Below the pieces are notes generated by a model. It was not told the origin of the DNA and ran no database searches. It saw only the letters and a list, made by a program, of their open reading frames with translations. DNA of 64,000 bases from Octopus vulgaris (lineage: Eukaryota). Positions 13,221-26,929 of this stretch are shown in pieces. Position 1 is the stretch's first letter. The number at the start of each line of letters is the position of its first letter. The DNA lies in contig OX597816.1 of NCBI GenBank assembly GCA_951406725.2, positions 90,954,001-91,018,000 of the forward strand. The letters run 5' to 3'. The translations under genes were made by a program, and so were the position numbers.

Positions 13221-13294
13221 TTATAGCGAGCAGTGTGGGATATGGCAAATGACAAACCATCCACTCATGAATAATTTGCCCAGCACACACCGGC

Positions 13295-13409
13295 TTTTAT
13301 GGATGAAAAGCAAAGTCGACCTTGGCGGAATTTGAACACAGAACGTAAGGACGGATTATATACCGCTAAGTATTTTGTCCGGCGTGCTAACTACTCAGCC
13401 CACTCGCCG

Positions 13410-13466
<57 letters not shown>

Positions 13467-13680
13467 AGATGATGATGATGATTTATACTGTAGATACAAA
13501 GCCTGAAATTAGGGGTAGGGGCTTTGTTGATTAAATCGACTCCAGCTACTTATTTCATCAAACCCAAAAGGATTAATGACATAGTCGACCTCGGCGGAAT
13601 TTGAATTCAGAACGTAAAGACGGACGAAATGCCGCCAAACATTTTGTCCGGCGTGCTAACAATTTTGCCAGCTTTCCTTA
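13295..13680 (-). mobile_element. Two SINE-A copies separated by (CTA)n
   Basis: Reverse-complement heads ending near 13410 and 13678. Confidence 0.8.
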
Positions 13681-13701
13681 ATAATAATAATAATAATAAT
13701 A

Positions 13702-13751
<50 letters not shown>

Positions 13752-14544
13752 CATTAAGATGGAAGAGGAGGGGAAAAGAAGACATCTGTTGTAAGAAATG
13801 AATAAGTTATGAAGAATGCGCATCAAACGAAAGAATGAACCTAGATTTATAACTTAGAAATAGCGAACAATTAATCCTCCAATATGTAACATCGGCTGCC
13901 AGTTTAGATTAGAATATCATAGAGAAGGAAAGCTGTTTATTTTGTTGTTGCTGATACCACGAGGGAAAAAAACTGTTTATGGCTTCTGTTTTATTTTTAG
14001 AACTCTGTTCGCATTTTGTAATACCCCTTCCACTGATAATTTTCCTTCATATTTTTGTATTATTTTACTTCTCTTTAGTGTAGAATGTCGACTCTCTGCA
14101 ATCAACCTGAAATACCTGATGTTTTATCAATCATGCCATATTATAAACTCATTTCAAGAAAGTCTTTTTTACTTTTGTTTTTTTTATTTAATCGTTTTTA
14201 TAAAGGAAAAAGGAAAAAGAATAAATTTAGAATCAAATTTTGAAACATAAGCATATAATGCCGGATTTACAGGTGAATAAAAATGAAAGGTTGCGACATA
14301 TGCCAAAAAGTTGAACGACAGAAATGTAACATATCAAATGAGCAATTAGAAGACTTGTGGGCTTGTGTGGTTGGTTCACTAGATTCTTATTGCTGCAATA
14401 AAGCGGCTGCTCTGTAACATAAACTAACATTAAGATCACTTGACTGAGCAACAGCATCACCTTTTTAATACAAGAAAATGTGTTGAAAAACATACAGTCA
14501 TATTTTAGAATAATATACTACATGTTGAGTTCCAAGAAAAACTA

Positions 14545-14757
14545 GTTTCAAATTTTTAACCCAAGGCTAGCAATTTCGGGAGTGGAGATAAGTCGATTAC
14601 ATCGACCCTAAGTGTTCAACTGGTACTTATTTTATCGACCCGAACGGACGAAATGCAAAGTCGGCCTCGGTGGAATTTGAACCGAGAGCACAAATTCGGA
14701 CGAAATGTCGCTAAGCATTTTGCCCGGCGTGCTAACAATTCTGCCAGCTCACCGTTT
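14545..14757 (-). mobile_element. SINE family A
   Basis: Full head and core on the minus strand. Confidence 0.85.
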
Positions 14758-15248
14758 TAAGTTCCAAGAAAATTGATGCTGATGCGTATACATGATGGAC
14801 TCTTGTCTCGTACAAAAAAAAAAAAAAAAGAGGTGGTAGTGATTGAAATGATAATCGTAAATTATATTCAGTTAAAATTTTTCTGTCATTAATTAGCAAT
14901 GTCGAAATGTCCTGAACCCATTATATTTTATTTTTCCCTTCCTATCTAAAACTAATTCAATAAACAATCGTGAATTAGAACAATGATGTTCGCTCAGTCA
15001 CACACACACAATAAAAACGTCGGGTGAATTAGACTAAATCACTTAATGCGCCTGCTAACATATATAAACCCCACTGCTAACTTGAACAACGTAAACCATA
15101 CTTCCACACAGACTATCTCAAGTGCTTCATTCTACTTAACTTGATTCCCCTTCACAACTTCAGTAGATTCACATCACAAAAAGCAAATACAAAGAAGATA
15201 GAAGAAAGGGGGAAAAGATGTAAGTTACTAAATTCTGAGCGTGTGTGG

Positions 15249-15311
<63 letters not shown>

Positions 15312-16154
15312 ATATCTATCTCCATCTATCTAATTAATTCAGTCTGACTATCAATTCAATTATCTATGAATAAAAATATATATCTAATATATCTACAAAT
15401 TAGTATGAATACATATACACCCACGCACACACACTCACAGTGACATATACTCACACACACATATACAGCATACACATACAGGAATGTGCATATATGGGTG
15501 CGTGTGTATACTCACACACACATACAAAATACATATACATATGTACATACATACTTACATACATACACACTAAATATATACAGGTGATGGGTGTGTGGGT
15601 TTTATGTATTTATGTATACGTGTACATCGACGTGTGTATATAAACGTCCCTGGAAGTAATCACAGACAGCTACTTCAGACTGTCAGGAATTACTAACGAC
15701 TAATAAAAACACATTTTAGCATAGATATCACAACTGTCCAATGCCTTGAATTCTCTGCATGCCTCTTGTTAAAGAATAAAAGCAATGGAATGACAATGAC
15801 AACGTCCAACCAAATACCAGTAACTATTTCTAGTGTTGTTATGCCCTTCATATTTAAGCTCATTCTAAAACAGAATATTGTATACGTCCCACTGATTCAT
15901 AATTTGCTTTCGTGTGAAGTATACTTTAGAGGGTGTATATCTAAAAACCCCATTCATCTCGCTGGAAGTACTGAGCAGTACCATTTTCATGCCTTACACG
16001 TCGCCCAAAAGATTCTTGGACGCTTCTTTTCATAAACCCACGCTATATTGTCTGACCTGGCATAGTCAACTTGAACATTATTGCATCTGTTCTCAAATGC
16101 AACCCCGTCATAAAGAGTTGTATATGTGCAAAATTGTTTGGTTATGATCTGTGT

Positions 16155-16229
<75 letters not shown>

Positions 16230-16239
16230 ACACACACCT

Positions 16240-16790
16240 TTGGAAATGCTCAGTGTTTGTTCAACGCTGTATGAAATTGATCAAAAATAATATCCATTCT
16301 AAACGGTTCTATTTTCCACAAGTTGGCAAGTGGATTTAAATCGAGCTGTTGATGTACCGTGTGGGACAGATCCAGCTATCAGCCGAATCTATTCGGAAGA
16401 TTGCCTTACTGTATTTCATTGATCAGGGAGGACAATAGGTTTTCTTCTGTCTGGTGTTTGTGGTTAAAGAGTTTATCTGAAAAGATTCAGCATCAATACT
16501 GTTGTTTTCGGACAAGTTCTCCTCTTTTTAATGTAACACTTGGAAAGTATGATTTTGGTTGGAAGAGAAATTCTGCTCTTCAGTCAATTTGCAGAAAGTG
16601 GGGTTAAATTAGCATTTCTGTCCCGAATGAATAGGTAAAATCTCAGCAGTAGATCGATGACCATAATTTGGGAATCAATTTTCTAGGTAGAAAGGATATT
16701 CCTGGATATGTGAGATTCTCAACTTTTCACGTATTTTGTTTACTGTGTCTTTTTATTATATATATAATTTGCCCTTGTGACTAAGATTTA
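16240..16790 (+). pseudogene. L1/Tx1-like ORF2 C-terminal remnant plus 3' UTR
   Basis: QRCMK…ELLMYRVGQIQLSAESIRKIAL…VFFCLVFVVKEFI…VGREILLFSQF; DNA similarity to 23400-23455; ends in 'gcccttgtgacta', like SINE tail-2. Confidence 0.55.
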
Positions 16791-16799
16791 GTATTTGCC

Positions 16800-17710
16800 A
16801 GGATTGTGCGTTGCACAAAATACCTGGTGGTATTTGTTTCAGCTCTTCATGTTATAGATTCAGATAAAACCGAAATCAACCATACCTTTCCCCTTTGCGG
16901 AGTCGATCGAATAAAGTCCTAGTAATTCTATTAAGGTCGATTTCATCAATTAATGGCCTTCCCCCAAATTTCAGGCCTTTTATCCAATAATAGAAACATC
17001 TATTATTATTAAGAAGAGGGTTATTTCGCTCCCGCCCCCATCGCTACGTCGACTTTGCCTTTCATCCTTTCGGGGCCGATAAATTGTCAGGTACACACTG
17101 GGGTCGATGTAATCAACTAGTCCCCTCGCCGCAAACTTCAGTCCTCGTGCCTATAGTAGAGAGGATTGCTTCTACTCTTGGAACAAGGTCCTAAATTTCT
17201 GGGGAGGGGGCCAGTCAATTAGATCGACTCCAGTACGCAACTGGTACTTAATTTATCGACTCCGAAAGACTTGGAATGATTTTGTTAAGTATTTCGTATT
17301 TTGAGAACTTGAATTTAATAATTTTGTCAGAAGTCACTCTATCGCAGTCCATCATTGTGAGTTGTGATGTAAAAACCCGATATACATTTAATATTGCACC
17401 TGCAAAAGGCGGCGAGATAATAGAATAGTTATCAAACCAAACAAAATACTTAGCGGCCTTTCTTTCGGTTTTACGTTCTGAGTTCAAATTCCGCCGAGGT
17501 CGACTTTGCCTTTTATTCTTTAGGATCAATAAAATAAGTACCAGTCAAGTACTTGGGTTCACGTAAGCGACTGGTTTCTCCCAAACTTTCAGGCCTTGTA
17601 CCTATAATGGAAGCGGGTTGATAAATTAAGTACCAGTTGCGTACTGGGGTCGATCTAATCGACTGGCCTCTTCCCTCCAAATTTCTGGCTTTGTGCCTAG
17701 AATAGAAAAG
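16800..17710. mobile_element. Cluster of partial and degenerate SINE-A copies on both strands
   Basis: Cores at about 16890, 17050-17165, 17170-17270 (-), 17407-17610 and 17615-17710. Confidence 0.75.
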
Positions 17711-18024
17711 ATAGCAAAATATTTTCGCTTCAAACCCGAACATTCGCTTTCTATAGTTTCTGTTTGTAACTCTAGAAAATCAAATATTCCCGTTTTTATC
17801 TGTTATTAGACTGCAGTGGATACCAGCCATTCACGAAATAATAGCCACGATATGGTTCAATCATTAAAAAATAAATTACTTCCAAATGTCCAAGAAATGA
17901 GATGTCTCCATAAAATGACCGACACCTGTTCTTACTATAAGGATCAGAAATTCCTTTTATTACTATAAGAATCATTCAAAAGCAGAACGTAGCGACGGTT
18001 GAAACAGAGTAGTAATAATAATAA

Positions 18025-18637
18025 TCTTTTCTACTATAGCTACAGAGCCTGAAATTTTGGGGGAAGAGACTAGTCGATTAGCTCGACCCCAGTACGCAAC
18101 AGGTACTTAATTTATCGACCCCGAAAGGATGAAAGGTAAAGTCGACATCGGCGAAATTTGAACTCAGAACATAAAGACAAACGAAATAGCGCTAAGCATT
18201 TCGCCCGGCCTGCTAACGTTTCTTATTTCTTTATTGCCCACAAGGAGCTAAACATAGAGGGGACAAACAAGGACAGACAAAAGGATTAAGTCGATCACAT
18301 CGACCCCAGTAAATAACTGGCACTTAATTTATCGACTCCGAAAGGATGAAAGGCAAAGTCGACCTCGGCGGAATTTGAACTCAGAACATAACGACAGACG
18401 AAATACCTATTTCTTTACTACCCACAAGGGGCTTAACATAGAGGAGACAAACAAGGACAGACAGACGGATTAAGCTGATTATATCGACCCCAGTGCGTAA
18501 CTGGTACTTAATTTAGCGATCCCGAAAGGATGAAAGGCAAAGTCGACCTCGGCGGAATTTGAACTCAGCACGTGAAGACAGACGAAATACTGCTAAGCAT
18601 TTCGCCCGGCGTGCTAACGTTTCTGCTAGCTCACCGA
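18025..18637 (-). mobile_element. SINE-A trimer (tail-2, tail-2, tail-1)
   Basis: On the minus strand, units restart at ggtatttcgtctg and then at agaaacgttagc. Confidence 0.9.
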
Positions 18638-19439
18638 CTTGGGTGGGGATTGAATATTCTTTTCGTCTCTAGGCACAGGGTCCGAAATTTTGGAGTAGGG
18701 AGCCAGTCGATTAGATCGATCCCAGTACGTAACTGGGTGGAGATTGAATATTGAATAAAGAATAGTTAAGTTTGGGAAGATATGGTCTAAAAGAAAGTTA
18801 TCCATGCTAAATATGATCTCCGAAATTACCATATAATGTTAGCTTTATTTCTTGAAATGATGTTAACAGCACTGAAAAATTTGGTACTTTTGAACGTCTC
18901 TTGGAATGATATGAAAGATTTTAATAGAATGAAATAAATGCTACTCAGCATAAAAACTAAAGATAGGTGGATATTAAACAATGAAGCTGACGGAATGACA
19001 AGCGTGGATACTGGAAATTTTCGCCCTCCCAAAGCTGATATGACCTGCTCACGAAAACCTGAGGCAAAAAGACTTACTGTTTCAGCATGTCAATCGTTCG
19101 GCCGATGGATCCATTTAAATGTAATGAAACGTCAGACAACGGTGACGTTAATTGGCCAGTACGACTTGATGACCTTTCACCGTTGATATATAATCAAAGG
19201 AATTGTCGACTACCTCGTGAAAAGGTCATTCAAATATTGGAGATTATCATCATTATTTTCATGCATACGGGGGTCGGCTCTACCACCGCCATCATCATCA
19301 TCATTTCATTATCTTCATCATCGTTGTTACCACCACCACCACCACCACCACCATCATCATCACTTTACTCATTTGTAACAAGATCAAGTGTATTAGTTGC
19401 AATGAACATATGAAGACAATTCTATAGTCAGCGGAAGAT

Positions 19440-19870
19440 AGTCATTCAGCATCCCTGTTTGCGAAGTTGTAATTATTATTTTGGGCCGAGAGGAAGCTGT
19501 GCCTGAAGTAGTGTCGGGTAGAGGTGATCAGCACGTATATCGTTTCGGTGATGTACTACATCTTGACATTGGTGCCATGTCTGTGGAAATATGGACTGTC
19601 TCAGAGCTTTCTGCCCACACAACAAAAAAAGAAAAGAAGAAGGAAAGGCTCTTTACTGTTGCCAAAACCATTGCTACAAAAGCAGCAGCAGCAGTGTGCA
19701 ATAACAGAAGCAGCACGATAAAAAAAGAGAGCTACAACAGCAGCATCTGTACCAATGTGAACGATAGCAGCAACAACAACATCAACGCACCACCTACAAT
19801 CGCAGTAGAAACTGTGGAAACAGTAACAGCTTTAGCCCTCATCGACTCTTTAAGTTTCACTTGAAAAAAG
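19440..19870 (+). pseudogene. Decayed ORF1-like (CCHC knuckle) remnant
   Basis: VPEVVSGRGDQHVY… then, in another frame at 19573-19617, CHVCGNMDCLRAFCP versus CFKCGQKGHIRVNCP of the 28929 ORF; low-complexity tract follows. Confidence 0.4.
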
Positions 19871-19934
19871 GTGAGCGTTGAGAGGGAGGTGCTGCTGATC
19901 AGTAAATTTCTTGAAAGGTGAGTGAATGGGATGC

Positions 19935-20125
19935 GTCAGACAAAATGCTTAGCAGCATTTCTTCCGTCTTCACGTCCGGAGTTCAAATTCCGCCGAGGTT
20001 GACTTTGCCTTTCATTCTGTCGAGGCTGATGAAATAAGTACCACTCAAGTACTGGAGTCGATGCAATCGACCAGCCCCTTTCCCCTAAAATTTCAGACCT
20101 TGTGCCTATAATAGGAAGGATTATT
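19935..20125 (+). mobile_element. 5'-truncated SINE family A (tail-1)
   Basis: aaatgcttagcagcatttc…ttcaaattccgccgagg…ccttgtgcctataatagg. Confidence 0.8.
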
Positions 20126-20164
20126 ATTATTATCATTGCTTTTGCTGCAGCTGTTGTTGTCACT

Positions 20165-20320
<156 letters not shown>

Positions 20321-22941
20321 TCTTCTTTCAATTCAGTTTCCATTTCTTGCCGAGTGTCTTCCTGACACCTAGCGCAGAGAAACAGGAGGCCATTAAAATA
20401 AACGCACCAGATTGTTCATTTACAAAGTCGTATGATAAAGAAAACGGGGAAGAAAGACAGAGAGAAAAAGGAAAAATATAAAAACGTAAACAAAGAAAAT
20501 AACGGAGGAAAAGGTAAGAACATTCGGTGACAATACTCTTCTCAGTCCGTATGACGTACCAGTTAAGGCAATCTTTTGCACTTCCTGCAAAGATGGTAAG
20601 CCAGGGATCATTCTTAAATAATTTTCAGCTCCTTTTTTGATCGTTCGAAATGTTCCTACAATAACTGGTATTGTAGCCCTCTTGAGATGCCACATCTTTT
20701 CGATTTCAATCAGCAAATCTTTATATCTTCTGAGATTATCAAATTCTTTTGCCGAGATATTATGGTCACAGAGTATGCTCATGTCAATCAATAAACAGAC
20801 TTTATTATTTTGGCCTTCCATAATAATATCTGATTTATTTACTTTGGTGGTCCGTTCTGTACATACGGGAAAGTCCCAAAGAATCATTACATTTTCTCCC
20901 TCAGCTACAGCAGTTTTGATTTTATAATGCCGACACATGTCCAATGTAGATATTGGCCAGCTCTGTCAATGTCTTGATTTGTACTCTACAGGTGCTAAAA
21001 CCTTACACTCAGAGATTAGGTGGTCCACTTTTTCAATCTCATCGTTGTAGTATCGGCACCTTGGGTCTACTCCATTTTTCATCACATTGGCTTGATAGTT
21101 CGGGGTCAATAAACTCTGATCGTGAGCAACCAGGATAAAGCCTTCACTGTTGGGTGTGCTTCTGGTCTACATTAGCTTGTTTGCTACAGGCCACATATTT
21201 GCCATGCAGAGGTTTTTTGTTTCCACCTTTCACCCAAATGTTCGAACGCATTTTGCTTTGCTATTGATTTCACCTTCTTTGCAACTACAGTTGCCGCATT
21301 TCCATCATGCTGTTCAGCTTGGGTATTATGCATAAACACACTAGCAAATTTTTTGCTCTCCTTCATAACAGAATGAAGCTTCTTACGTCTCTCTTGGTTT
21401 TCAACGAGCTTTAGCATCCAGTCGTTAGATGTTGGAACATAGTTTGCCAGTCCAATTGTGGTGGTTTTGTTAAAGATTTCAAACTGGCTCAAGCCTCAAC
21501 CTCCTTGAGCTTTGGGTAGGTAAAAACGATCCGCTTCTGCATTTGGGTGGTGCATCTTACTGCAAGTCAGCAGCTAATAGATTTTCCCGTCAATCTTCCT
21601 TATTTCGCTCATATTCCTGTTCAACACATTGAAACTGAAAATAACAACAGGAATTGCTAAGGAATTTATAACTTACTCCTTGTTACGTGCATTTAACTCG
21701 GATTTTAGGACTACTCGAACTCTCCTGTAAGTATTCCTCACTGATCTCCTCTGTCATGCTTGCATGCTGAATACCAGAGCCCTCATTTATTCCGAAGTAG
21801 TTGTAAGTTTGTTCCTGCACGAGTTCTTTTATAATTGTGTCAACATCTAACACTACTGAATGTGAGGTCTTCAATTTATCTTTCTGGAAAGTGGCGTTGG
21901 CACATTTAGCAAGACCAAACTCCATCCCGATGTCATGATTGAATGCTTTCACAGTACGTAATATTCCTTCAAGCTCATTATCGCCTTTGCCATAGAGTTT
22001 TAAGTCATCCATATAAAATAGATGACTTACTTTCTTCTTGCTTGTAAGGGGTATTTGGGCTATGTAAAAAAAGGTGAAAGTGAGTCACCTTGGAAAATGT
22101 CGCAATTGATAATAATATTTTTTGTGGTCATGACTCCATTAGAGTGTTATAATTGGAGATTCGTATTCCACACTAACATGTTATGCTTCAGGAAGTTTGA
22201 AATCACAAGAGAAACTTTGAAAATATCCAGCAATTTCAAGATCCATTAATGCGGTATGCATTTAAAGGCTTTTTTATAATCAATCCATGGGGAACTGAGA
22301 TTTCTGCTTTTATGACAGAATCATGCGATTGATTGGTGTTTGCATCCATACGAGCCTCGTCGGCACCCTTTTTGTTCAGTGAGGGAAATATCGTTCTGTT
22401 TCATAAATTGGTATGTTTTCTCCACGAGGATAGATGTTAAAATTTTATACGAGAAAGATAGATAAGTTATGGGCCGATAGTTTTGGAGAAATTTGGTTTC
22501 ATTATTCTCCAGGAGATTTCATATCAAGATAAACAGCACATGGCCTTGCAGGTGGGGGTCCAGTTAGAATTTTCTTCTGGTCGAGTAACCCATACCGCTC
22601 AATGGTTCCTGAATAAGGGTTGTTTAAGGATGTTGAAAGAAACACCCATGTTTCCAGAGGTGAATTATTCAAACCCCAAAGGATCCCTATCAACACATGG
22701 CTATGATGCTCTCCCACTACTTCTGCTCGTAATCAGAGATGCACATATCGTCAGCCACTATGGGACATGCTCAACGGATTAAGGTCAAACAACTGACAAG
22801 CAAATCTGTGATATTGAGCAGAAAATTTGCTGTAGCCCATCTTTTATACAAGACAAAACAATGTACACGATAACACTTCCAATCAGTTAAGATCACAAGC
22901 CACGAGAGCCACTACCTGGTATTACATCAGTAGTGAGACAT
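20321..22941 (-). mobile_element. Decayed R4/Dong-clade non-LTR retrotransposon (RT + RLE endonuclease)
   Basis: NYRPIT (about 22470), YMDDLKLY (about 22012), IGMEFGLAKC, and RLE region ILWDFPVCTERTTKVNKSDII…LLIDMSILCD…WHLKRATIPVIVG; frameshifted; flanked by (TAA)n on both sides. Confidence 0.88.
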
Positions 22942-22951
22942 ATCATCATCA

Positions 22952-23006
<55 letters not shown>

Positions 23007-23009
23007 GGT

Positions 23010-23918
23010 TAGGCATCTGGCGTCTGAAATGTCGGGTGACGATCGCCCTCTGTCAGTCAGGTAGTGCGGTCAATGGAAGCTTCTCATTAGCAGCATATAA
23101 TGGACTAGTGTTGGGGAAGTGCGTCGACATTCTAGGGAAAATTTTGAGTGTTGACATAAACGAGGTCTATTTTGGAGGACATATTACAGGCATATGACTA
23201 CCATTGATAATTTCCTCAAAATAAAACCTGACAATGCTACGAAGGAGTACTACTTGTTCGAAATAAACACTACAGGCACGCAAGTGCAGTGAACCAAAGC
23301 TGCCCGAGATATATGCAGACTAACGAAACCATTTTACAGGCACTCGTCCAGTGAGTGACCAAATATCGTTGATATGTAGTGTGATGGCGAATTATTTTTG
23401 TCGGGTGTAGGACGGATAGGGTAACGCCAGAGTCTTTCCTGAAAATCGCCCTACTATTCTCCTTGAATAGAGCAGGGCGGGCAATTTTACCGGTGGACAA
23501 GCTGAAAAGACTAAAGATAGGCACTTCCTTCTTCGGTCCAGCTCTCTTTGACTTTTTCAAGTTAAACTTATAGAAGGAGTAAAGGTGGAGAGAGAATTAC
23601 TCTCTTCCAGTAAATTTATCATACGGTGGGTGACTGTGACGAAAACAGTTAAAACAACTCTAAGCATGCACTGTGGGTCAGACTACAAGGAATGGGATAA
23701 GGCACTTGCTTAGGTGTTCAGAGTGATGTTGGATTTGTGTAATTCCGTTATTGACCCCAGTTGGAGATCCTCCTGTATAAGAAGGACCATGTTATCCACG
23801 TACTCATGCATTTATATACTGGGTATCTTCCTCATCTTCATCTTCCTCATCCCATTTTTGTAATTTGTCTATCTAATATTCCCTTCCTTCGACACTCCTG
23901 CAACAAATAAAAAAAATC
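23010..23918 (+). pseudogene. L1/Tx1-like ORF2 3' remnant plus 3' UTR and A-rich tail
   Basis: CPRYMQTNETILQALVQ* at 23301 (zf-RVT-like CPRC..ET..HAL..C), ESFLKIAL…KVERELLSSSKFIIRWVTV, tail tttgtctatc…ccct…caaataaaaaaaaat. Confidence 0.6.
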
Positions 23919-24321
23919 ATCATCGTCATTATCATCGTCGTCGTCATCATTGTAGTTGTTTTTTCCTTGTTTGCTTTGACAAGATTTCTTTTTACGAGCC
24001 TCGAAGGTTTAGGATTACTATGACATAATTCATGAATGGAAGTTGTTCCTTTTCCGATTATTTCAGAGGGGAACCCAATTTGGAAAGCTCAGAGGCACAC
24101 TCCTCTTACTTGGGGAGTGCTTTGAGGTTTGTTTTTTAAACATATTCATTTTGCTCACAAGCCCACAGCAAACAGGACAAGGTATATACAACAACAAAAA
24201 CAGCAAGGAACAAGACCGATCCCCAAAGTACCAATGAAGGGAGCACATGTTATAATCATATAAAAACAAAATGAACATTAATAAATTCACAAACACGCAC
24301 ACTCCAATAAAACGGAAAAGA

Positions 24322-24371
<50 letters not shown>

Positions 24372-24650
24372 CATATACATGTTAACAACAACAACGAAAA
24401 TGTATTAGGAGTAACAATAACAACACCAAGGACGAGATCCAAGCGCACACACCTGCGCTCCGAACGAAAATGTTAAGAAAATTACATTTGAGAAAGACTT
24501 GTTTTCCCTGTGTTGTCAGCGGAACATAACAACATGTCTGAGCTCAAGCAAAACATAGTAAACTTGCAGAACTATATGAAGTAAAAATGTGTCTCTTTGC
24601 CTCTGTAGTAATCAGGTAAAGGATAAAGAGAAGAGTCATGTATTCGTTTT

Positions 24651-24836
24651 ACGGAGATGTACTTGCATAGCAAGTGACCTGATCTGAGATCGTGTGCTGG
24701 AACGAAAACAATTGCAGCGTGGAAGGTGTTTATAAGCCATTTAAGAAACACACAACATTTAAATTTAATTTGTCGAAATATTTTCGTCGCTTTGAGACCG
24801 CGACCTGTTCACTGACAAAATTCAGTGCTGCATCTC
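24651..24836 (-). mobile_element. Short element (Penelope pLTR-like) carrying a hammerhead-like motif
   Basis: Short inverted ends gagatgta/tgcatctc; contains the fold at 24769-24819. Confidence 0.45.
24769..24819 (-). ncRNA. Candidate minimal type I hammerhead ribozyme, G3:C8 core variant
   Basis: tttgtca-GTGAACA-g-GTCGC-ggtctcaaa-GCGAC-GAAA-atattt-cgacaaa: stems I and II pair, palindromic AAUAUU stem III, NUH triplet UUU. Confidence 0.55.
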
Positions 24837-25209
24837 ATTGTGTTCATGTATTCGTGTTTACTGGAAAATAGCGAGAGCTTTTAAATGTTCTCAAGATAAC
24901 ATGTAGAGAAAAGCGTTTGCGATCCAACCTGCAGAATGTGTAGAGTTTGTTTTGTGTTATATTACTCATATCGATCTGCTTCTTGTCATGTGCCGTTTCT
25001 AGTACATGTTGATATCAATTCTTAACCATTTTTCACTCATAATAACGACATATTTCCCAGTGAACGTAGTTGCCGATTCGATTGTATCTATGACTACTTG
25101 GACTTGGAAATGCTGGGGTAACTGGTAATAACACGGTTCAACAATCTCTGCGCTTAGTGTGAGCACCTATTTCGTTTTTCTTTTTGCTATTATTTGTAGT
25201 TCGATTTAA

Positions 25210-25420
25210 AGTGGCGAGGTAGCAGAATCGTTATCACGCTGGACGAAGTGCTTATTGGCATTTCGCCCGTTGCTACGTTCTGAGTTCAAATTCCACTAAG
25301 GTCGACTTTGTCTTTGTTCCTTCAGAGTCGATAAAATAAGTACCAGTTGAACACTGGGGTCGATGTAATCGATTCATTCCCTCCTCCAAAATTGTTGCCT
25401 TTGTGGGGAAATTTAAAACC
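25210..25420 (+). mobile_element. SINE family A
   Basis: Head and core match. Confidence 0.8.
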
Positions 25421-25540
25421 ATTATTTGTAGTTTGATACTGGTCCCGTGCATCTATAATTATCAAGCATATTTCTGTCTTTAACCTAGATCTGTTGAGCT
25501 ATTGCTGGTTTTATTCTAACTCTGCTTGTCTGTCTGTCTG

Positions 25541-25592
<52 letters not shown>

Positions 25593-25794
25593 ACTCTATC
25601 TATTTATCTATCTCTGAAGGTGTGTGGTGATTTTAGTGTTGGGGTCACGATCTTCATAATATTCGATATTTTACGGTATCTCATATAATATATTCATTGA
25701 AGAAATATCTCTTCAAAATATAATATATTAAACCAGTGTATCTTGGATAAAGTATCCCTATAAGAAGTTTAAATATCTTCATTGTGACTAAATA

Positions 25795-26016
25795 TGTGTG
25801 TGCGTGTGTTTGTGTATTTGTGTGTATCTGTGTTTTTCTCCTATCATCGCTTGACTACCGGTGTTGGTGTGTTTACGTCCCGTAACTATGTGGTTCGGCA
25901 AAAGAGACCGATGGAACAAGTATAAAGCCTACAAAGAATAAGTCCTAGGGCCGATTTCTTCGACTAAAGGCGGTGCTCCAGTGTGGCTGCAGTCAAATAA
26001 CTGAAACAATAAAAGA

Positions 26017-26017
<1 letters not shown>
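25795..26017 (+). mobile_element. SINE family B 3' half
   Basis: …ggttcggcaaaagagaccg…gcggtgctccagtgtggctgcagtcaaataactgaaac. Confidence 0.8.
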
Positions 26018-26051
<34 letters not shown>

Positions 26052-26058
26052 TATACAT

Positions 26059-26122
<64 letters not shown>

Positions 26123-26286
26123 ATATATACAGAGAGAAAAACAAAAATTAAAAAAATCGAAACTATTCAGATGAACATTCATGTATAAGCATATAGATTT
26201 TTGTGAATTGACAACGGATTTATGTGTGTGTGTATACACATATGCATACGTACATATAAACATACATACATACATACATACATACA

Positions 26287-26337
<51 letters not shown>

Positions 26338-26864
26338 GTATATGTATATGTATATATATATATATATACATATGTATATAAATGTATGTATGTATGTATA
26401 TGTGTACATGTGTGTATATATATGATACACGTTTATGTGTATATGTATATATGTGTATGTATACATACACATATACTTCTGTTAAGGTATGATCAACAAT
26501 AAACGTACACCATCCAGTGAGAGATAAATATATGTATGCATATATATATAACCAAATACCAATCAGCTGAAGTAATTTAGTGAAGCCACACACTGATTGG
26601 TCAAAATACAGTTTGCAAAACTTAACATTCTGGAGCCTATAAAAATGTATAGGGACACATTTTAGCCATCTCACTACACTTGTAAATTGTAAAACATAAC
26701 TGTTACCGCAACTATATGAACCTGAAGATTGCATAGTTTAATACATGAAAGTACTAGTTCAATCAGAATGGACATTTGATATTCTATCATTTCATTATAT
26801 TATATTATATTATATTATTATAAGATTGTAAATAAAACGTGCAAAGTTGGAATTGCTTTGATTA

Positions 26865-26929
<65 letters not shown>

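Noticed and set aside
22880-22941. HDV-like ribozyme at the Dong leader 5' end (gtggctctcgtggc)
   Set aside because: I could not build P1/P1.1/P2/P3 with a canonical L3 by eye.
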